DNA of 63,844 bases, counting the filler, from Diploschistes diacapsis (Eukaryota), in assembly GCA_023645945.1 (NCBI GenBank). It is 12 parts of 12 records of this genome, joined end to end, with 100 filler letters (N's around TTAATTAATTAA, not from the genome) between each part and the next. Parts side by side here need not be neighbours in the genome. Positions count along the whole stretch, not along the records: positions 30,207 to 53,150 come from JALAIB010000273.1; positions 53,251 to 54,935 come from JALAIB010002730.1; positions 55,036 to 56,718 come from JALAIB010002731.1; positions 56,819 to 58,501 come from JALAIB010002732.1; positions 58,602 to 60,283 come from JALAIB010002733.1; positions 60,384 to 62,064 come from JALAIB010002734.1; 6 more parts are not named here. One strand, given 5' to 3'. Position 1 is the first letter of the stretch, and every line of letters starts with the position of its first letter. The position numbers and the translations under genes were made by a program. Below, in pieces: positions 50,048-62,164 of this stretch. A model generated the notes under the pieces. It searched no databases. It was not told where the DNA came from and saw only the letters and a list, made by a program, of their open reading frames with translations.

Positions 50048-50208
50048 ATCAGATTATTCTTCTGCCCTACATCTACTTGCTCCGATAGCTCCGATGCGTA
50101 TGCAAAGCTGAAGGCAGTTCTTCGTTGTTACTTTTATTGAGCATCCTCAATCTTCCCCTTCAGTAAAGCCTTCAAGGCCGTTATAGGACCATTCTTTAGG
50201 GTTTCACC

Positions 50209-50848
50209 ATGGTATGCACCGGATCTATGTTTCAACAATCCTATGTGTACTCGCAAGCGAGCTGAACCTGGGGGCATGGCACAGTCTGATGCACCGCTGA
50301 TTATTCCCTAGTCTCTTCGTATTGCACCACCTACCTCCCACTTAAATACAACCAACAAGCAGGCCGTTTCTGCACCTTCAGCACCGGGCTTACCCGACAA
50401 CCTCCGCTCCAAGCTCACCTCGACGCCGCAACAACCCAGTGGGATATCTACAGCACCGCACGAGCTAGCCACTGCACCTTGCTCGACCCATCCGCTTGAA
50501 TCTCGCCTCCTTAGATGGCGTAACACCCAACATTCTCTAAAAATGGAAGGTCTTAGAAGAACATTCGGAATCGCAGAGCCGGTGCGCAGGGCCATGGAGC
50601 TCGAAATAGTGCGGCATGGTGAGTATCGGGCTGGTGCCCTAGGCGGTAGTGCAGGCGTCGCGGGAGATGTATTAGAAGGTCGCGATTGGGAATGTGCTTG
50701 GGAAGACATTTTCGGTGGTAAGCACTCTTTGCATAGGGATCGCTTGATCGTTTAGCCATGGACTTATCTGGCAGCAGGAGTTGATGAGGCCATGGAAACA
50801 GTCGATTACCATTCCGAAATGGAGACAAAGCTCAAGATGAATTGGTAA
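50209..50848 (+). CDS. UMP1: Proteasome maturation factor Ump1 (3 exons)
   Basis: ATG|GT micro-exon, then SLRIAP...HPLESRL..W, LRRTFGIAEPVRRAMEL, WEDIF, HSEMETKLKMNW*. Confidence 0.9.
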
Positions 50849-51316
50849 TCTAGTCATCGTACGGATAACGCAGAAGATGGTTGCTCTGGGCTAGGATAAT
50901 CATGCAATGACCTCTTGAAATCAGCCGTGATTAGGGAGACCCAACGCCACTCCTCAAAGAATCATATGTCTCATATTAACCCATGATTGCTGGTGAGCTA
51001 CGTCACGTTGAGAGTGCCCAAACTATAAAAATTAAAAGAGACCCAGAGGACTTAGCCGTCTTGGACATTACCATGTATCACCACAGCACTACAAATGCTG
51101 CAATCAACATACTCTTTCAAAAGGCATCTTCCCAAGATATGTGCCAGATATACCTAGTTATAGATCAAATATACTCCAGGCCATAAAGCTAGACCTATCT
51201 TACCGTTTCGAATTATCGACAATGACAAACTCCGCCATGCTTTCCGAACCCCTCCTTTAGAATAAGACCTCGAGCTTTAAGTGGCATCACAAGTGTCCAG
51301 TCTCCACAAGACGCCC

Positions 51317-52202
51317 TCACATTATTAAGCATCGACACCCTGGTGTTCGCTCATTACCATCACGGTCACGCCCGCTGCCTTTAGCTATTCGTGCATCTTC
51401 ATCGTCCACCACTTCTTGTGGTTTCATAGTCATATGCACTACGTGAGGTGTTGCACCAGACGAAAAGCGACTGTCTGAACCGAGGTTAGTCCTCCTGCCC
51501 TTTCATACAAGAGGACACAGGTCTGGATAAAACGCAAACAGACCTTTCAAAGAGGCTTTGTCATCGAGCATACCACCCATATGGATTAATCTGATAGAGG
51601 TTGGGCTTGCAGGACGAGCCTCCCATTCTATGAAAACTGTAAGCTCCAGCAGCCACGCGGTCCAAGCTCAGGGATCTTGTACCTTCCCTCCAATCTCGCC
51701 ATATAAGTTCTTTTAAAGTGTAAACGCTCATATTAATGGGGTCGTTATCCGCAACGCTAACGTTCCTCTTCTTCAAGTATTTGTCATTGATGGTATATGG
51801 ATGCCTTGTGTGGGTTGAGTGCAAGAGTAATACAATTATCAGTTGTGGTCCCGAGCCAGACCCTGACCGTATGCGGGTGGGCTTGTCAGTGGAAGGTCCA
51901 ATAGCAGAGTCAACTTGTGAGTTCGGGGGAGCGTTCGCTGTGGTTGGCTGCACGTTGCCTTCAGAACGACTGGTTTCTGCTGTCCCTGTCCTATCTGTCT
52001 CGTTATCGAACTCCTCACCCTCTCTCACCGGGGCATGAGATGAGTTTGTGGGGTCCACTGGTTTCAATGTAGAAAGATTGGCCATTTCCACAGGGCGTGA
52101 TATTGCTTGGATCGAATCTAGGACATCTTGTCCAAATTCCGTAGTCTCTTGAGGAAGTGCCTGCGACCCTAATGTATCGCTTCCTGTCTGTGGTTCCGAC
52201 AT
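51317..52202 (-). CDS. UBL3/membrane-anchored ubiquitin-fold protein with C-terminal CaaX
   Basis: SVYTLKELIWRDWRE|EW, IRLIHMGGMLDD, PHVVHMTMKP. Ends ...PGCRCLIM* (palmitoylation/prenylation-type tail). Confidence 0.85.
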
Positions 52203-52665
52203 TGCTGTCTGTTGAAGCCCTGGGAGCGAGTGACGTTCGATTGGAAGTCGAAATCGCGAGAGACAAAATTGTTGGATTCGTGGAAGAAGCGCGATATTTT
52301 ATGATACCGATGTAGATAGATATGGCGATGAAAATGAGGTGTATTCGCACTTCCTTAAGGGTGGTGCCCAATATTAAGGGCACCTAAGCACCTGGTTGCG
52401 GGTTGCCGATCGTACGATAGCAACAAGTTTGGTCCTTGAAACGTATGTAGTTGGGACGCATAAATGTCGTGCTTGAGGTCGTGAGACTACCATCGAGCAG
52501 GTAAAGAATGAGTACATGATATCATCCTCCAAGTTCCTAAGCGAAGTAAATACTAATAAAATTAAAAGATCGTTGTTTATCTATTAATGAAGTTTTCACA
52601 TAATATTGAAGACTTAATGTTTTAGTATTATAATACTCAAATAATAGAGTAGTTGATTATGCCAA

Positions 52666-52956
52666 CTATCGGGATCTAGAGAGGTACATCATGGATGCCA
52701 TTCCTGCCAGCTGACACAAGTCATTTTTCGCCAACTGCTTAGTCTGCCGGAGCTCAAGACTTCCTAGCCCTCTATTTACCCTGCTGAATCCCATCGCTAT
52801 CTCAGCTCTGATATCCTTAGCCTCTGATTTGGCCTCTTTAAGCCCTTCTCTGATCAATTTGAACTCTGATTTCGACTCTTCTTTGACCTCGTGAATTTGT
52901 TCTTTCACCTCCTCAATCTGTTTTGCTAGGAAATGAGAATTCATGCTAATAGTCAT
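52666..52956 (-). CDS. Small coiled-coil ORF, possibly a gene fragment
   Basis: Heptad-like IEEVKEQIHEVKEESKSEFKLIREGLKEAKSEAKDIRAEI. Normal base composition between AT-rich flanks. Confidence 0.4.
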   Translation of the reverse strand: MTISMNSHFLAKQIEEVKEQIHEVKEESKSEFKLIREGLKEAKSEAKDIRAEIAMGFSRVNRGLGSLELRQTKQLAKNDLCQLAGMASMMYLSRSR

Positions 52957-53250
52957 GCTAGCGAGAAGAACGGGATATATAAATCTATAAAGAACTAATT
53001 ATCATCATTAACTATACTAATGATATAAGTTAACAGATTAAAAACTTACAACTTGAAAGTAATGGAGACGCCATTTAAAAAATAATATTTATAATAAGCT
53101 ATTCTTTATAGCTATTAGCTATAAGCCCGAATATTAGGATTAAATGTACTNNNNNNNNNNNNNNNNNNNNNNNNNNNNNNNNNNNNNNNNNNNNTTAATT
53201 AATTAANNNNNNNNNNNNNNNNNNNNNNNNNNNNNNNNNNNNNNNNNNNN

Positions 53251-54935
53251 CTATTATTTCGGGTATTAACCGCGAAAATGATTATCTTATTATAATTATT
53301 TACTTTTATATATCGATCGAGTATATATAGTTTATTTTTTATTTCTCGAATCGTTCTGGAATTTCGACCATAAAAGACAGTTTAAAAGCGATAAACCAGC
53401 TTCTTTCTTATATTTAACATTTAATCTTCCTTAAGGATCCTTACCTCGATTATAAATATCGTAAATTAAATTAAAAATTCGTTAAATTCGTTATTACCCT
53501 ATTATAACTTCCGGTAATTATCTTTAACGATTAATTAAATATTTTTATTTATTTATCGATTATTTAGTCGTTCGAATAATACTTCGGGGGAAATAATTTG
53601 ATTAATCGAATCTTTATCCGTAAAAGCTTTTACGTAATTAAAGGCTATATTCTTAAAACGAAAGACTATATACGTTATCTTATCGTCGGTTCCGTTGAAT
53701 CTATTTTCGTTTATCTTTAGCTTATCTTTAATTAAACGACGCTATTACTTATAATTAAGATTTTCTTTAATATCCGTCGAGAATTCAGATAAATCTAGCA
53801 ATTTATACGATAAAAAACGTCCCGCGTTATTAATCTCGATAAGCTTTTATTAATTCCGAAATTCTTCGACCGTTATTCGTAGATCGATGATTTCGTCGAT
53901 TAAACGAGCCCGGGTAACTTATTTCTTATTTAATAATTATTTTAACTCGTTTCTTTTAATTAAATCTTTCTCGAATTATTATTAAAATCGTTAAATCTTT
54001 CGATCGTTTTATTAATTCGTTTCTTTAACGATTATCACGTACGAGATCTAGTTAAGTAAAAACGCATCAAGATATCTTATGTTTTTATCGATAAAATGAT
54101 TATTAATGGATTTACGAAGCTACTAAATTACTCGAAACACGACGCCTTTATTAAGGGACTCGATCTAATTTAAAAGATATCTAGTTGGATTATATAATTA
54201 TGCCGGACGATTCCACCTGTGGAGGAATGTTGAACAGATAAACAGAAGGCATGGCTAGAAATCTAACTAAGTTCTAAAGGAAGGTTCAGTTCAGCTGAAC
54301 CTCCTGGAATCCCAACTAGACCGGTTTAGGAATAGTGTAGGTAGTAGGGCTTAGCGTATCCCATAAGGATAAAAGTCTGCAAAGTAGGATAACCTCCTAG
54401 ATAGACCTCTAGACTTCAATACATCCATTACGTTGCCAAACAGTTTTATTGATTCGTTTTTTCGACGGTTATTACGTAAATACGTATTAATTCTATTAAT
54501 TTCGTCAATTTATTTTTAATTCGTTAATAGATCTCTTTTATTTATTTTTATAATTATAAGTCCATCACGTTTTCGATAACGTTATCCTAATTAATTTATT
54601 CTTTTATCGGGTCTTTAAACGAAAATATTCGTCGTTTAGGTTCGTCACGGGAGCCTTTTTAAAATCTTTCCCGTACTAATTCTTCGTTAATATTAAATCT
54701 TTCGAAGGTTTCTAACGTTAATAACTATTATAACGCGGGATATTTTACGGATTGTTTTTTAGCTAACGATTTATTTATTAAATCATATTTTTTAATCGAT
54801 GGTATTTCGATTGATTCTTTAAAAGACGGAAGTATTATCGATTTTTTCTTTTTTTTTTAATCCTTTTTATTAACGGGGGTCATTATTTATAATAAATTAA
54901 CGGGTAATACTTTCGAGTTCCGGTTATCGTAGACT
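53251..54935 (-). mobile_element. Gypsy gag-like relic (-) interrupted by a Copia 3' fragment and LTR (+, ~54030-54442)
   Basis: The minus strand reads RRLIKDKLKINENRF...KITYIVFRF (gag-like). The plus strand reads YHVRDL...GFTKL, then a PPT and an LTR matching 23369-23608. Confidence 0.65.
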
Positions 54936-55035
54936 NNNNNNNNNNNNNNNNNNNNNNNNNNNNNNNNNNNNNNNNNNNNTTAATTAATTAANNNNNNNNN
55001 NNNNNNNNNNNNNNNNNNNNNNNNNNNNNNNNNNN

Positions 55036-56145
55036 CTTATTAATAATTAATCTAAAGGGATAAAAGTTTCATTCCTTAAAGACCAATTTAATTAAACCGG
55101 CGACATTATAACCAGTTTCGACAATTTTAAACCGAATTCCGAAGGCACGCCTTCCCAGGTACTCGCGTATGTCTTAAACGATTCTAAATCCAATTCCTCC
55201 GCTAAATATTTCGTTTACGCGTTTGCACGATTTTCCGTCAGTTTAAGAACCTTTCGATTACGGTAAATGCGACGTTTATATTAAAAACGACGATTTTTAA
55301 TTTCACGAAGTTACTTTTTTAGCTCCTTTTCTTGCTTATCATCCTCGTTAATAAGCTTTTTATCCTTTTTAATCTCGTCCTGCTTCGAAAGGATGATCCG
55401 TTCAATTACCTTTCATATAATAGAAACGTAGTTCTTCTTATTAAATTTAATATAGCGAACGCATTTCATCGAGATAAAAGGTATCCTAATATAATCGTAA
55501 AAAAATAAATAATGTTTATAAAATAATGTATTTAGAAAACCCCGAAGACGAATAATAAAACCTAGACGTTTCTTTTATATCGAAGATAAAAAAGACATCG
55601 TTATCCCACGACTTAGGATTTTTTTTTATTTAATACTTATATTAATCCTTCGGTGCTTATCGGGCCGACAAGATTGAAAAAGAGGGATAATATTACGATC
55701 CAAGATATTAATCGATAGTATTTAGTACGTAACAATTAGTCGGGCACTTCCCAACCATTCTTTATATATAGTCTAATTAGGGTGACACGGGTCACGTGAT
55801 AAGTAAAAAGTTTGGAAAATCATTCTATTTAATTATAAATAAAAGAAAAGAACGATAGTTTTATTTATTTATTTATCTATTTTATTAAAAGAGCTGTTAA
55901 TTATATAAGAACGTCGCTATAGTTTCTATAAATTTAGGACGTGTTTATTTTTATAGACATCCTTAGTTATTACTCGGGATCAATTTATATTCGTTATTTC
56001 TATTAATAAAGAGCTTTCTTTCCAAAGACAGTCTAAGACCTGTGACTGTTCTACCTTCTTCTCCTGCTTGCACTCCTCTTCTAACAGAGACCAAACCCAC
56101 CTTGACTCTACTCGTGTATATCTTGTATAGATAGAGATCATAACA
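55036..56145 (+). mobile_element. Gypsy-type 3' region with antisense ORF relic, PPT and 3' LTR (family A, 55691-56145)
   Basis: PPT AAAAGAGGGATAA lies directly before TATTACGATCC (a TGTTACG copy mutated G to A). The LTR ends AGAGATCATAACA. Confidence 0.8.
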
Positions 56146-56718
56146 AGTCTCGATTATAAAAATTAATTTAAATATATTATCGAGACGTACCGCTTTCAAT
56201 TACTTGCCGTTTTAGAACTTTATATTTATTTTTTAAAATTATAAAATATAAATAATATCCTTCCGAGTTTTATAAAGAATAGATTAAATTCTTCGCGAAT
56301 AATTATCGATAATTTTGATAAGATATTAATTGTTGTTAAGTGATTTTAAGAAGGATTTATAGATATCGATATTTATTAAATTTAGGATATTTTATTTATA
56401 CTTGGCCAGAATACGGCCAATCTGTTACCTAGCTTTTGTTAATTAATATATTTCATACGTATGGGGTGCGATACGGATAAGATTAGCGAGAGTCGTAATT
56501 TCGTGTAGATTTTAAAACTTCTTAAGTTTTATATGGGCCATACGTGCGTGTTATAGCTGATAACTGTTTTTATTAAACTGAACTTTTAGGTTCAGTTTAG
56601 GTTCAGGTTTAGTTACTGGGTACGCAGTTGTTCTATATATATATTCTTTTTTTATAATCTTGCTCGAGTAATAGACTTTATTTTTTTTTATATATATAAG
56701 AATGATACGACCGTTTTC
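56146..56718 (-). mobile_element. Copia GAG-pre-integrase/integrase relic
   Basis: Reads QL*HARMAHI (LWH.RM.H) and IDNYSR on the minus strand. Confidence 0.7.
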
Positions 56719-56818
56719 NNNNNNNNNNNNNNNNNNNNNNNNNNNNNNNNNNNNNNNNNNNNTTAATTAATTAANNNNNNNNNNNNNNNNNNNNNNNNNN
56801 NNNNNNNNNNNNNNNNNN

Positions 56819-58501
56819 TATATAATCTAAATAGGGTGATACGGGTCACGTGACGAGTAAAAAGTTTAAAAGATTATTCTATTTAATCGTAAGTAAAAAG
56901 AAAAAATAATAATTTTATTTATTTATTTATTTATTTTATTAAAGGAGCTGTTAATTATATAAGAACGTCGTTATAGTTTTTATAAGTTTAGGACGTGTTT
57001 ACTTTTATAAACATCCTTAATTATTACTCGAGATTAATTTATATTCGTTATTTCTATTATTAGAAAGCCTTCTTTCCAGAAATAGTTCAAGACCTATGAT
57101 TGCTCTACCTTCTTCTCCTGTTTGCACTCCTCTTCTAAACGAGACCAAACCTACCTTGATCAATATCTCGTGTCTACCTTGTAGAGATAGAGATCATAAC
57201 AATAATATCCGTATCAATATCCGTGCCGAAAAAATTTTAATTACGATATCCGTGTTAATGTCCATGCTGAGAAAATTTTTATTATAGTATCCGTGTTAGT
57301 ACCTTTTATTGTAGTGTAGTGTCCGTGTCAGTGTCCGTGCCGAGAAATTTTCGCGGTAGTGTCCGTGTCAGTGACCGTGGCACGCAACGGCCAGCCTAAA
57401 TTATAAATATATTCGGGCGCGTATTATTTTTTATTATATTAAATTATTATTATATCGAATTATCGTTATATAACCTCGTAATTTATCGTATTAAATTTTT
57501 CGACTCGATCTATCTCGTCTAAATATTAATAATTTTAGGAAATCGTTTGCGAAATCGCGATACTTAATTTTTATCGATAGATTAAAGATTCGCGATTATA
57601 ATTTCTAGATTCAAATCGAATCGAATTCTTTCGCGTCGAATCTTTTCGATTATTTCCACCACCAACGTAGGCGATGCAGGAAAGCCAGTTTATATAAAAC
57701 GTATAATCTATCGTATTAATATCTCTTTTTTTTAATTTAAAAAGATTTAAATCGTTTCGTGATTATTAAAGTGAGATTAAGCTTTATCGAGTCGTTCTAT
57801 AATGATTAATCGAGATATTTTAAATACGCGAGTAATTTCTCGAATGTTAATATATTATTATAATTTTAGGATTTATAAATAGTCGTTGATATTAAATTCT
57901 ATTAAAATCGAATTATTATTATGCGAGATAATTATTATTAAGAAAGATCAAATGTAAGATAAAAATAGTGATTTAAAGAGGCCGGAATCTGGGGGTGGCC
58001 GGAATCCCCGTGAAACACGTTATATAAAGTGTTTTCGTTCAATGAATAAAGTATTAATAATATTCGAGTTAACTAGTATTAGTAGTATCGGATTTAACGG
58101 GGCCTAACAAATACTATATATTATCGCGAAAATATTAAGAATGGCGTATTTTATATTACGTAAACGTGGATATTCGTGGCGTAAGAGCTTTAACGAGTTT
58201 TAAACGTGTTACGATCCAAGGTACTAGGCGGTAGTACTTGGCACGCAACAGCTAGTCGGGCACTTCCCAACTATTTCTTATATATAGTCCAATCAGGGTA
58301 ACACGGGTCACGTGACGAATAGAAGGTCTAAAAAACCATTCTATTTAATCGTAAATAGAAAGAAAGAACGGTAATTCTATTTATTTATTTATTTATTTTA
58401 TTAAGGGAGTTGTTAATTATATAAAAACGTCGTTATAATCTTTATAAATTTAAGACGTGTTTACTTTTATAAACATTTTTAATTATTATTCGGAATTAAT
58501 T
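56819..58501. mobile_element. Nested mosaic: family-A LTR (to 57201), hAT-like end (57202-57398), pogo-like end (to 58020), family-A LTR (from 58207)
   Basis: Termini match other copies: GATCATAACA, ACGGCCAGCCTA, GAAACACGT|TA, TGTTACGATCCAAGG. Confidence 0.8.
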
Positions 58502-58601
58502 NNNNNNNNNNNNNNNNNNNNNNNNNNNNNNNNNNNNNNNNNNNNTTAATTAATTAANNNNNNNNNNNNNNNNNNNNNNNNNNNNNNNNNNNNNNNNNNN
58601 N

Positions 58602-59530
58602 AAAGTTAATAAAACGACCAACCGCTAGCTCAATATATAATATTAAAGGAATAAATAACACGTTAATTACGGACGATAATAAAATATTAATAATATAAAA
58701 ATAGAAAGTTTAGAATCAATATATTAAATTATTTAAATTAACGGTGAATTATAGTACCCTAAGGATCTATGTTTTAAAAATTAGACAAAAGATGTTAAAC
58801 CACTTAAATCGGTTATAGATCACAGCACCCTAAGGACCGATGCTTCAGTCAAGAAGTTCTTACGAGTAGAAGTTTTAAAGAAAAATATTGAACCTAAATT
58901 CGAATCTGAACTCGAATTCATCCTAAACCTGAACCAGCCAAAATGAACGTGAATGATGCACCAATGATAATGACTACGCATCAGGACAGAGAGCTGTTTA
59001 ACACGACCCCTGTTACTGGCAAACGAGAACGGGACAATGAAGGATACTCGTCGGTTAAAGCCTTAAGGAGCCATGTCGCGCTAGTCGCCAGCGAGCAGGA
59101 ATCGTGGCAGCACCTGAATTACGAGACGTGAACTGGTTTAAGAAAACCCTCGCTGAACGCTACAAGATCAAGGATCTGGGGGAGATTAAAAAGATCCTAG
59201 GAATGAGAGTTCAGCGACAACGCCAGGGAGTAGTTCAGCTGAACCTTGACCAAGAAGCTTACGCTAAGAAGATGCTCGACTAGTTCAAGATGGCAACGAA
59301 CACGCACAAAAGTTAAAAGATTTCACTTAATAGATATAGCGGTATTAAATAAAACGACTCGCCTAAACCAACGGATAGAATTCAATATTAAAAAATAATT
59401 AATATTAGACTAAATATCGCCTTCGCAATTAAGAAATTTAATTAATATATAAATAACTTTTATTTCTATTATTCATATACATTTAAGGGATTATTTCGTT
59501 ATATTCGAAAGATGAAAGATACGAAGGTTT
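58602..59530 (+). mobile_element. Internally deleted Copia pol relic
   Basis: The post-integrase linker joins directly to VNWFKKTLAERYKIKDLGEIKKILGMRV...DQEAYAKKML. The RT core with YVDD is missing. Confidence 0.75.
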
Positions 59531-59566
59531 AATTATTAACTAAATCTGAATGTAAATTTTTAAAAT

Positions 59567-60283
59567 GAGGGGACCTTTGGATTGAAACACGTCGATTTTT
59601 GATTTATATATCAATTGAACAACGGAGAGATGGCAACGACGTAACGAAGAGGAGGAGAGTCGCGTCGTGACGCGTCTTATTTCTAGTAAGACCGCGCATG
59701 CGGGCCGGCGGGGAGCTCGAACGCGAAAGATAGATTAAAAGACGTAATATAAATAATCGGGGTATACGTGAAAGTAAAATAAAACGAAAGATTAATATAA
59801 TTCTAGATTATAATAACGGAAACGATACGCGGAAACGGCGCCGGCGCGTCGGAACCTAATCGTAAAAAAAACGCGTTAAAATTAAAAGAAAAACTAAATA
59901 CAATCGAAAAAAATATAAAAGCGATATAAGAAATTATAAAAAAATAAAGAAACAATCGTAATAACATCGGGAATAAGAGCTAAACTTAAATAATAGGTTC
60001 CACCCCCGAAAAATAAAATAAAATAATAGAAATATTAAAAAGAACGATTAAGAAAATCATAATTCGGTTAAGAAATAAAATAGAAACGAGAAAGCAACGG
60101 AATGGGCCCGAGTTAGTAACGAACGCGAAGAAAGCTGAAATAAAGAATATTATTATAATTGTTTTTTTATTTTTCTATAATTCCTTATATCGTTTTTATA
60201 CTTTCTTCAATCGTGTTTAATCTTTCTTTTAATTTTAATACATTTTCTTTATAATTAAGTTCCGGCGCGCCGGCGCCGTTCCC
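59567..60283. mobile_element. Foldback/MITE-like element with long inverted arms
   Basis: 59831-59966 is an imperfect reverse complement of 60148-60283. The contig breaks inside the right arm. Confidence 0.6.
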
Positions 60284-60383
60284 NNNNNNNNNNNNNNNNN
60301 NNNNNNNNNNNNNNNNNNNNNNNNNNNTTAATTAATTAANNNNNNNNNNNNNNNNNNNNNNNNNNNNNNNNNNNNNNNNNNNN

Positions 60384-62064
60384 ATATAAACGAAGTTTTT
60401 AAAATAATAATTCGGGTTAAATCGAGTCGGATAATTTCGAAAAAATTTATAACGCGTAAAAAACGTTATCGTATTTCTAAAATCGAGAAGGATAAAGAAG
60501 AAGAAGATAGATTCGATTTAGATCGATTAGATTCTAATTACGACGAATAGGTTATATTTAAAAACCGTAGAATATTAGCGGTAGTAATTTAAGGTGGCCG
60601 GACTCGGGAGGTGGCCGGACTCACCGTCAAACACGTTATAGAAATTCCCGGTTATATTTATTAAAAAAGTTAATAAATCATAACGAATATGTATTAATTA
60701 TCGAGCTTTAAATAAAATTATTAAGAAAACATTTATTCGTTATTTCGAATCGACGAATATTTTTATCGTATCGGATTGATATGCAAATCATCTGTCAAAT
60801 TAATGTCTGGGAAGTGAGTGTAGATTCGTAGCTAATCTGGAGCAAAATCTACTTATATACAGTAGATGCCAAGCGTTATCGTTATAGATGATATTTAGAC
60901 AGCGAGGTCGAAAACACCTGCCCCAGCAATAACCTATAAGCAAGCTTAATAACTACCACAATCTCCCCGTTTAGTAAAAGCTTATGCCCCCATAAGCATA
61001 TAATTAGCTTATATCCTCGTTAATAACAATCTTTAAATCATTTTTCTTTTAATTATTTATTTTAGAACAAAATCTCCGACAAAAGCTTACTAAAAATTCT
61101 TAAATAACACAGTTGTCAGCAATAAGGTCAAATCATTGTATGGTGAAGAAGATGGATTGCAAATAGCTAGTGAGCGCGGCGAGCCTTTATAGCTACACCG
61201 CGTGGATGCCTAATGGCATCGTGGCCCTGGCGTCATAGCGACAGCGACGAGGGCAGGAGCAAGCGCGCCTAGTAAGTATAGGCGAACCCCCTAGTAGCAG
61301 CAGTAATAGCTAGTAGCCATTGCAGCTACTACAATATCCACCGACACAAAATGCTTATGTCTACATAAGCTATGTCCTAAACAGGTCCCGAATGAGCGAG
61401 ATAAAACCCTCGACATTCGTCCCAAAACATCTTAATAATATATTCTATATTACTATCCTTTTCTTTTATTGCCAAAGCAACTTTGCTTTTCTATCAAGAC
61501 CATCTCCATAACGTAAATATAATCCTTATCCTATACCCCTTATAATCTTATATCCACGGCGTCGTTATATTTTTATTCGAATTCGGCGATTCGATTTATT
61601 AAATATTTTTATAATTCTCGATTCGTGATCTATATATTGTCGATAACGTTGTATTTTAATTAGGCTGGCCGTTTCGTGCCACGGTCACTGACACGGACAC
61701 TGCAGCAAAAATTTTCAAAACACGGATACTGACACGAACACGACAGCTAAAATTTTAAAACACGGATACTAACACGGACATTATATTATAATAAAAACAC
61801 GAACACGGATACTATAATTAAAAATTTTAAAATATTAATATTAATACGGATATTATATTTCCGTAAGTCTACGGAAATATTACGATAAATCTACCGAAAT
61901 ATCGCGGTGAAATTTTTTTAAAAAAATAAAAGCGTGAAAAATAGGCATAATAAATCTAGAATTATTAAAATTAAAAAAATATTTTAAAGTGTTTCGATGA
62001 ATGCACGGACACGGATATTATAATAAAAAAAATTTCGGTATAAATACTGACACGAATATTATAT
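60384..62064. mobile_element. Nested mosaic: pogo-like end (to 60636), LTR-like piece (~60793-61113), family-B LTR plus chromodomain (-, 61114-61660), hAT-like end (61661-62064)
   Basis: Homologous to 24192-24394, 29240-29766 and 57202-57398. Confidence 0.75.
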
Positions 62065-62164
62065 NNNNNNNNNNNNNNNNNNNNNNNNNNNNNNNNNNNN
62101 NNNNNNNNTTAATTAATTAANNNNNNNNNNNNNNNNNNNNNNNNNNNNNNNNNNNNNNNNNNNN

